NCBI GenBank assembly: GCA_002702705.1
Contig: PABH01000019.1
Coordinates: 55,192-119,191 of the forward strand
From: Anaerolineaceae bacterium
GTDB taxonomy: Bacteria; Chloroflexota; Anaerolineae; Anaerolineales; Anaerolineaceae
DNA length: 64,000 nt
Direction: 5' to 3'
The position numbers and the translations under genes were made by a program. Below are positions 38,747 to 48,800 of this stretch, one piece after another (position 1 is the stretch's first letter; every line of letters begins with the position of its first letter). The notes under the pieces are model-generated. The model ran no database searches. It worked only from the letters and a program-made list of their open reading frames with translations, and was not told the DNA's origin.

Positions 38747-39505
38747 TTATTGGTGATTCTTCCAAAGATTAAAATCATGACCGGTGACCATATCAATCTG
38801 ATTACCGTATTCACTAAATAATTGTTTTAAACGTGAACGGTTCTGACCCCAGAACAGCTTTTCCAGCCATTTGGGTAAAGAATATATTTCGTTGGATTTA
38901 TCAAAGTTAAAAGGAAAAACAGCGGAGCCGGTTTGCAGAAGCCACCCTGTTTCAGTTTGCACTGCCACCATGCAGTGACCCGTTGTGTGGCCAGGCAGGG
39001 GGATGAGGTGGATTGGAGGTTGGAAATCACGTAAAGCGATGGATGGGAAACCATACCATTCCTCATCCGGTTGGGCATAAAATTTCCAATTCTGGTGATT
39101 TTTCCACTGGTGTTGTTGGTATCCCAGACCCAACAGTCCTTCCCTTTTATTGGCAGAAACCCATTCTCGTTTATAAACATGAGCTGTGACCCAGGGAAAA
39201 TCAGATAACCCGCCAATGTGATCGAGATGCAAGTGTGTAAAGATAATGTGAGACACATCATTGGGATCGATGCCCAAAGCTTGCACCTGATTAATAATGC
39301 TTTGTACAGGTTCGCGTTTGATGGACATTAGACTCATAAAAATCCTGGTGACAAGATCAGGGTGAAGAAAGTCTTTAGTGCCAAAACCACTGTCAATTAA
39401 TACCCAACCCTGGTTGGTTTCCACCAGCAAGACATGGGTCACGCCTTTAAGGACAGAAAGGGGTGGTGAAAAGGTGCCGCTGTTGAGGTGATAAATCGTT
39501 GACAT
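38747..39505 (-). CDS. MBL-fold metallo-hydrolase (paralog 2)
   Basis: THLHLDHIGG and PLPGHTTGH. It has the same length (252 aa) as its neighbour and aligns end to end with it (M.TIYHL.SG...LLVETNQGW.L.DSGFGT.DF). Confidence 0.85.
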   Translation of the reverse strand: MSTIYHLNSGTFSPPLSVLKGVTHVLLVETNQGWVLIDSGFGTKDFLHPDLVTRIFMSLMSIKREPVQSIINQVQALGIDPNDVSHIIFTHLHLDHIGGLSDFPWVTAHVYKREWVSANKREGLLGLGYQQHQWKNHQNWKFYAQPDEEWYGFPSIALRDFQPPIHLIPLPGHTTGHCMVAVQTETGWLLQTGSAVFPFNFDKSNEIYSLPKWLEKLFWGQNRSRLKQLFSEYGNQIDMVTGHDFNLWKNHQ

Positions 39506-39849
39506 AGGGATAAAAGGTGTTTATTTATGGAGAAATTGTATCATCCTTTCATTTAAATATGTCTTGTATCCGGTTTGTCCATAACTGACCAGATTATAAA
39601 TTTGTTATATATCGGAATAGAATGAATTTTAAGAATATTAGATTTTAGAAAATATTGGTAGTTGGTGGAAATATTTTAAAAAGCGCTTACAGAAAATTTG
39701 AATTTAAAGGAGATGAAGTTTATCAAAAATTCGTGTCAATTTTAGAGTACATTCTTAGTTTTTTTGAGGTAAAATTGTCAGGTCGCTTATATGTCTTTAA
39801 TTTCCTTATAGTTTTACGAAGCTAATCAAATATTGGGAGGGTCTACCCT

Positions 39850-42800
39850 ATGCGTTTCTCCGCAGGTCGCCGTATTTTTAATGTTATTGTTTTATTAATG
39901 TTTATTTTAAGTTTGTTTAGTTTTCCCACAGCGCCTGTTTCCGCAGAGCCGGTAGAGAGACCGCTGGCTCTTGATACTCCTCCAATGATTTCTTTACTAA
40001 CCCCGGGATCCGTTTTGATTGGTGAAGACTTAGATTTCACGGTTACCTTTAATAACAATGGAGATTCACCAGGTTATGGACCGTATATTGATGTTTTTAT
40101 TGACCGAACCGGGGTTGATGGGATCTATCCTGGAACTGGATTAACAGACCCAACAGATCTATTCGATGGGTTAGCCGCTGGCGGTGTCAATGACTTTTCT
40201 GTTGAGTACAATGGGGTTTCTATCAATTCCAATGATTTATTTTTTATTGAATTTCTCCCAGGTACTGGATCTGATTCGGGGCGAGTTGTTGCGACCCATC
40301 CGCTTTTAAGAGACCTTGCGGGTAATTATGTAACTGTTTATGGTGATGATTACGGTTATGAAGCAGGCGATGTTTTGGTCGTTGTGAGACTACCTTTTGG
40401 TAGTTTTGTTCCTGATCAACCAGCAATTGATATTGATATTTCCACATCCATGAGTAATTGGGCTGATCTTGGAACACCATTAAGCATTTCTGCACGTGGT
40501 GGGTATCAGTTCGGATCAACTGCAACCGATGATTGGTGCTGTGATAATCAGTTGGATCTGGTTAGTTTTCCTGTAACAGGAAATGTTATTCCGACTCTCG
40601 TTACTTTCGCAAAAACAAATTTTGCGTCTGAGGCTGAAACTGCAACCGGTCCTAATTTTGAACAGGATTATGAAATTTCCATCACGGTGGCAGACGGACA
40701 AACGATTACAGATTTTAATTTGGTCGATGAGCTAGATGATAATGTTTATTATGTTGGCCCATTAAGTTTTACCGGATCATCCCCCTCCTGTACACCTCCT
40801 GCTACTAGTCCAGGAGGAACCATCAACTGTACTTATTTGTCTTTGAGCGGAACTTCGACGATCAGTTTTCCTTTTTACATACCACGAATAAACAGTGGTC
40901 TTTCTGATGTACTCAATCCAAGCACTGGTGACGATTCATCATCTTGTAACCAGGCTGGTGGTCTGGGAACCTGGGTGTCGATTGATCCACGGGATATCGC
41001 AGAAGATGATAATGTACGTGTGAACTTAAACATCGGAGATGATGGTCTTGAGTCGACTTGTGAAGATACTTTAGCAGACAAATCAATTACAATTCAAAAA
41101 TCCAATACGATCGCTGTTAATGCAGGCGCAGCCGGTGCAAGTCCAAGTGATATTGTGCGCTATACACTTAATTTCCAAATATCCGATTATTTTGCTTTTG
41201 AGGATATCGTCGTAACAGATGTTTTGAGTGATGGACAGCATTTTTATCCTGGAAATCCTCCCACTTTATCCATTAACGGCAATAGTTTTGATTTAACTGC
41301 TTCAGCCATTGCTCCAGAGAATGTAGATATAGTATGTAAATACACAGGTGCTTTAGACGATGATACCAATTGTACCGAACTAGATCTAGATTCAAGTGGG
41401 GAAACCAGGCTCGTGTTTAATGTATCCAGTGAAATTATCTCAAAAGGGCAGCTAACCGGAAATATGGTGGGTGGCTGTGTAGAACCAACTGGCACGGGTG
41501 TTTTTCCTCCGAATTGTAATACGAGTGATTCGGATGGATATAATGATGGGGCTACTACCGGTACCATCACATATTACGCTTCCATTTTAGAAAATTTCAC
41601 AGACGTCTATCCTTCAGGTGATCCTTCAGTCGATCAAGGAGATACGCTTTCAAATACTGTGTTAGTGACAGGGCAGTTGCTGGATGTTTCTGATTTATCT
41701 TCGACTGCAAATAGCGAACTAGATAATAGTGCTTCCGAGTTATCTATTGCTCGTGGTTCTCTAACAAAATCAATATATGCGATAAATGGAGAAACACCAG
41801 AAGAGCCAGCAAAAATTACTGTGGGTGATGAAGTAACCTACCGGATTCAATACCAATTACAAACCAATGATATAGAAAATCTGGTTTTTACCGATTATTT
41901 TCCACTCCCTATTTTTAATGTAGGAGCAACTTGGGCTTTCGATGATACGAAAAATACTGGTGTCACAGATGTTCCTGCTCCTGGAACAGTAAAATTAGGA
42001 AGTGCTGATACTTTTTATGAATTGTATCGTACTGATCCTGACTTAGACCCTATCACAGGCTTTGGTATCACATCTGATATAGCAGCAAATTCAGTACGTG
42101 TGAGCTTTGGAGATTTTGATTCAAGTTCTGATCTCAATCCAAAAAATATTGATTTATTATTTACCGTTGAAGTGATTGATGCCCAATTTGCTGATGGTTT
42201 ATATTTTACAAACCAAGCACAGGTTGAAGAAAGTTCCACAGGGTTAAGCCCTGAATCTGCCAGTTCAATTGTCCAGATTCAATTTACATCTCCAATTCTT
42301 ACAACTTCAAAATCTGTTGTAGCAACCGATGGAAATGGAACCGTTACAACTGATGTAATGGGAGTTATCTGGTCAGCCCCGACTACAGCTGGTGTTTATC
42401 CTGGCGCTCGTTGGGCAGGAGACATTGCTGACATTGACTCCGTTTCAAATAATATTATAAATGCTGATGCAGGTGATTTGGTGACCTTCGCAATCGTCAT
42501 TCAAAATACAGGGAGTGGTATTAGTGGTGCCTTCGATATTGATATTTTAGATTCATTGGACTTAACCTATTTTGAGTATCCTGAACCTGGGGATATTCAT
42601 TTGCAAATTTATTATGGGGATGGATCAGGACCAATTGCATATGTGGGTTCGATTGACGATTTTATTGATGATACGAGTGATGCATTAGACGCTGCCAGTG
42701 GCATCCGTTTAGTGGACCCGACTCCCACTGAAGGTGTTTGTCAGGCTCATGACCCCAATAGTTTAAACGACACCATTGTGATCACCTATGATTTAAGGTT

Positions 42801-45800
42801 AAAATCCACAGTGGAAGCTGGTGAAATTTATACAAATAGCGGCACAATAATTCATTATGCTGGCCAGGAAGGTGGAACGAATTTAGTTCCTGACCCCAAT
42901 CCAACGGATGATTCTACGGTTACCATCAGTCAGCCTGAAATTTCCAAATCTTTTATCAGCACAGGTATCATCACACCTGGGACGAATAATGATAATACCC
43001 ATGCTGTTATTGGTGAGATTGTTACATATCAACTGGTAGTGACCGTTCCGGAAGGAACCACACCCAATGCTCAGATTATTGATACGATGAGCGCTGGTTT
43101 AGCCTTTGTTGATATTAACAGTGTGGTATCCGATACAAATGTGGAGTCTGCTAATCTAATTGGCACGGGGGTTACTCCAGCAAATGTAACAGTTAGCAGT
43201 ACGAATGGGGGCACTGGCAACCGACTGACGTTTAATTTTGGAACGATTACCAACAATAATACAAACAATGGCACAGATAACACAATTACCATTGAGTACG
43301 ACACTGTGGTGTTAAATGACATTAATAATCAAACCAACACTACTCTGGGGAATATTGCATACTTTACCTGGGGCAGTGACGGCAGTATCAATGACAGCAG
43401 TGACCAAATTACTGTGATTGAACCCGATTTATCGATTACCAAGATGGCACAACGATTGTTGCCCACAGCTGGTGGAGCATCCGTTGATGCGGATGATACG
43501 GTTGAATATACAATTTCTATTTCAAATAGTTCTGGTGTGGATGCTTTTGATGTAACGATTAGTGACACTTTTCCGAGTTATTTAGATCCCGCAACACTCT
43601 TGATTACTGGTGTGAATGATAGTGGATCAATCCTCGATACGGATGATTTTGACATAACCGGTAATGTTCTTTCCACATTAACTAATTTTGATATGTTAAT
43701 TGCAAATTCTCGAACAGTGTCGTTAACCATTACTGGTGTTGTTATTGACACAATTACACCTACTCGAACAATTACCAATACGGCTCGGGTTTCCTGGAGT
43801 AGTTTGGATGGTGATATTACTGACAGATCAACCTATAACACCAACTCCGATGAACGAACTGGTGCAGATGGACCCGGAACCGGATTAAACAATTATGCTA
43901 AAAACAGTTTAGCTGCTAATGTTTCCGTGCCTGCTTTATCCGGTGCAAAACTGTTTGTTACCTCTTCAGAAGCGGGAACTTCAAATACGTCTAATCCACC
44001 TCGTTTAACGATTGGTGAAATTGTTCGATATCGATTGTACGCTTTAGTTCCAGAGGGATTATCTACAGATCTATCTTTGTTTGACAGACTGCCCAATGGC
44101 TTGCAATTTATCAATGATGGTCAGGTAAAAGCAGCATTTGTCTCCACAGGAACTGCAAGTAATACATTTACATCGTCGACAATCGATGTAAGTACAAACC
44201 CGACAATAGAAATTACAGGAAGTGCAATTGATTTAATTTCATTACCATCGGGAAGTATTGTCTTTACATTACCGGATTCAGCAATCTCTAGATTGCCAGA
44301 TAGTAATGATGATACATATGGAAATGGGACAGATATTTATTTCAAATTTGGTAATATTTCCAATCTTGATGATGACGCAGACAATGAGTATATTGTTGTT
44401 GAATTTAATGCACTCGTGTTAAATGTAAATGGAAATCAAGGTTATAACAATAGTAACGGAGCCAGTATTGATACCAACCTGGATAATAATTTCCAAGGAA
44501 TCCGGAATACAAGCGGTACCCAGATCATTGATTTTACCTCATCCAATATGCGAACTCGGATTGCCGAACCCGCGATTACAAACCTTTCGAAGTCTGTTTC
44601 CCCATCTGGTGGGGATGCCGGCAATACCGTTTCTTATGCGGTTACTTTCTCAAATGCGAGTGGGGTGAATGCCTCACCTGCCTACAATGTGGAATTTACA
44701 GACACAGTACCAGCGAAGATGGAAAATGTATCACTTCCACCTACTGTGACGAGTGCCTGTGCAATTGGTGCAGATCCATCTGCTTCATCTGGGAATGCTA
44801 TTAATGTCAGTTTTACCGAACTCCCGGTAGGATGTGCTGTTACGATTGCCTACACAGCACAATTAACAACGGCCGTCATCCCGAATGAAATCTTAACCAA
44901 TAGTGCCAAAGTCACGTACACTAGTTTACCGGGCAGTAATGGAACTCCCTCAAACCCAACAGGGAGTGCCAATACAGGAACCCCGGGAGATGCTGATGGT
45001 GAACGTATTGATGGTTCTACTTTAAATGATTATGAAGATACCGACAGCGTTGATGTGACCGTAACCCCAATCCAACCAGTTAAATCATTGGTTAGTTCTA
45101 CCGATCTAAATACCATTGATCCTAACTTGACGATTGGTGAAACAGCTCGCTTCCGGATGGAAATATTAATTGGAGAAGGTTCTTCCCCAATTTTTATTGT
45201 CACTGATAACTTGCCAAGTGGCTTTGAATATACTGGGAACGCTACAATGGCATTTGTCGCATCTGGAAATACGATCACTTCCGACAATGCCGATATTGGT
45301 AATTCGCCTTGGGTTATTGGGGATGAAACAACCATAGATAGTATTACACCAACTTTTGATGTGCCCGCAAGTGCAATCAATGCAGGTCCTTTTACGAATG
45401 GAATGGATCCTGTATTCAACTTTAGCAATCTAACGAATGCGGAAACCGACACTGATGATGAATTTATTGTGGTTGAATTTGATGCAGTTGTTCTGAATGT
45501 TAGTGGAAATCAGGCTGTCGGTCCTCAAACCCAACTTGACAATACGTTCACGGTTTCAATTGACAGCGTAAATCGTGGTACATCAAATACAATTTCAACG
45601 TATGTTGTAGAACCACAGATTACAACTACAAAAGATGTTTCACTCAGTAGCGGTATGGCTTATGAAGCCGGTTCCGTGGTTGAATATAGTTTATCTTATG
45701 AAAATACCGGTTCATCCACAGCTTACGATGTGACCGTGGTAGATGATTTACCACCGTTTTTAACGTATGATGATGCCAGCATTTCTTGTACGATCAATGG

Positions 45801-48800
45801 GGGATCAGTTGACACGACAATTACACCGACATTGATGGATGCGACAGATCCTGCTCATGATTATTATCAGTTAGCGATCAATAGTCAAACAGAAGGCGAT
45901 TGGGGTATCCCGGTTGGGCAATCACTGGATTGTACCTTTACCGCCACAATCCAAACTTCGGTTTACACGGACGCTACTTACACCAATACCACTGATGCCG
46001 ATTGGAGTTCGTTTGACGGAACGGATAACACTGAAGACCGCAATTATGATGGCGGTAGCAACGGTTACGATACAGGTACCGATTACAATATTGATGTAGA
46101 CCAAGATACGGATAACGCTGAATTTGATATCCTTACCCCAACTATCGTAAAAACGGTTAATAAAACGGATGCGACCATTGGTGAAGTAGTTCGATATACC
46201 ATCACAATGACAAGTCCTTTAGGTACACTTTATGACTGGGTTGTTACCGATTCTCTACCGGCCGGTTTGATTTTTGCCGGGAATATTATAGAAACTGGAT
46301 TTGACTTCCCGGATCCTACAATTTCTTCCCCCAATGATGGTACAACCGCGGTGACACTTGAATGGGATATGAGTGGTGCGGAAGTTACATCAAACACAAT
46401 GTCCATTGCATTTGACGTGATCGTTGCAAACAGCGTGGATGGGAGTTCTGCTTACATCAATGTCAATGGCGATGATCCAAACAATAATGTGGAAATGGCT
46501 TATACAGATATTTCTGGTTCCACTCAAACGATTTCGGATGATGAAAGCTTTAATGTTATCGAACCTGAACTTCAGGTGGATAAAAACTTTACACCAAACC
46601 CAGTTGGATTAGGCCAAACTGCAACCTACACCATTAATCTTTCTCACACCGCCGCCAGTTCCACAAACGCGATGGATATTACCATCACGGATGTGATTCC
46701 GAGTGGTTTGACGTATGAAGTTGCGACTATTGGCGGAAGTTGTACCAGTGGTACTTTAACCCCAAGTGATGCAGGGTCACCAACCTTAACCTGGACGGTA
46801 GATAACCTACCCGTTGGAGAAACCTGTACATTAACCTATCAGGTCACCGTGGATGATAATTCTCTGGGTGAGATTTTAACCAACAGCGTTACGGGTGGTT
46901 ATTCCACCATTTCCGGCACCCCAACCCCGGATGAAGAACGGGATTACACCCTCAGTACCGATGTGGATCTGGAAATCACAGGTCCTGATCTGTCGATCAC
47001 AAAAGATGATGGTGTGATCGAAACAATACCAGGTTCTACCCTGACCTATACGCTTTCTTATGAAAATCATGGTAATGGGCCAGCAACCGGTGTTGTTATT
47101 ACGGAAACGGTTCCCAATAATGCAACCTTTACCACCACAGGCAGCACAGCAGGCTGGAGCTGCAGCGACGGGGCAGGCGCGGGGACGACTTGTACCTTAC
47201 CGATTGGAAACCTTGCCGCAGGTGCTACCGGTTCCGCAACGTTTGTGGTGATTGTTGATTCGAGTGTACCTGCAGATGTCACTCAAATCGTTAACGATGT
47301 ATCCATTGCGGGTAATGAAACCGAACCCACCCCGGATGACAACCCAAATTCTGATTCAGACACGGATACCTTAACCGCCGCAGTAGATTTGACCCTAACC
47401 AAGATTGATGATGTCGCCGATGGCGATTCTGTCAATCCGGGTGATACGATTATCTACACTTTAACCTACGACAATATTGGTAATCGTGATGCTACCGGTG
47501 TTGAGATTGTTGATGATGTTCCGGCAAATACAACTTTTACCACCACGGGCAGCACAGCAGGCTGGAGTTGTTCCCCGGACAGTAGCGCTGGTTCAACCTG
47601 TACCTTTGTGATCGGTGATGTTGATGTGAATGATCCTGCCGGCACGGTATACTTTGCTGTTGTGGTTGATGACCCATTAGCCAGTGGTGTGACTGAGATT
47701 TTGAACGCGGCTACTATTGGTGGTAATGAAACAGAATTGGTTACAACCAATAACACGGATGATGAAACTACCCCTGTTATTGCCGAGCCAAACTTAACCA
47801 TCACCAAAGTAGCCGATGGAACCCAAATCGTAACAGGTGGCACGATTGTGTATACCATCACTTATGATAACAATGGAGATCAAACCGCAACAGGTGTGGT
47901 CATTACCGAAACGGTTCCAGCAAATACGACCTTTACGACCACAGGCAGTGATCCACGTTGGAGTTGCAGCGATGGTGATGTGGCTGGGACGGAGTGCACA
48001 GTCACAATCGGTACACTTTCCGTTGGCGGAGGTCTGAGTGACCCGATTGCTTTTGCTGTTGTTGTGAATGACACTGTTCCTGCTGGGGTCGAAAATATTT
48101 ACAATTTGGTAGAAATTACTGACGACGGATTAAATAGTGAAGACGGTTTACCAAAAACAGATAATGATGACGAAGAGACACTATTACTTGCCGCTCCCGA
48201 TTTGAATATCGTCAAGGACGATGGTGTTGAAATCATACAAGCTGGACAGAACCTGACCTATACCATTACCTATAATAATGTAGGTGATCAAGATGCGACC
48301 GGTGTGGTAATCACGGATACAGTGCCCCTCTTTACAACCTATAATTCAGAAGCAACCCCCGGTTGGGTTTGTGTTCCAGATGAAACTGCAGGCTCATTGT
48401 GTACCTACACCATTGGCGATTTAGCCGCTGGCGCTACAGGTCAGGTAAGTTTTGCAGTCGATGTTGATGATCCAATTGACGCCTCCATTGATGAAATTTA
48501 CAATTTTGTAACTATCAATGATGATGGCGAAAACGGTGATGACCTGACCGAAGATAACCAGGATGATGAAATTACTCCAGTGGATGCCCTGCCGGACCTT
48601 ACGATCATCAAGAACGACCGCGATGTAACTGCTGTTCCAGGTGATTCGATTCAGTATGGCCTGGCGTATGAAAATGTCGGTCAGCAGAATGCAACGGGTG
48701 TGGTTATTACGGAAACGGTTCCGGGTTACACAACTTATGACGCGGTGAATAGTAACCCAGCTTGGGTTTGTGATGATATCACCGCTGGTTCAACGTGTAC

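Noticed and set aside
38827-39261. 144-aa same-strand alternative-frame ORF nested in MBL paralog 2
   Set aside because: The annotated frame carries the HxHxDH and downstream His motifs and aligns along its full length to the neighbouring paralog.
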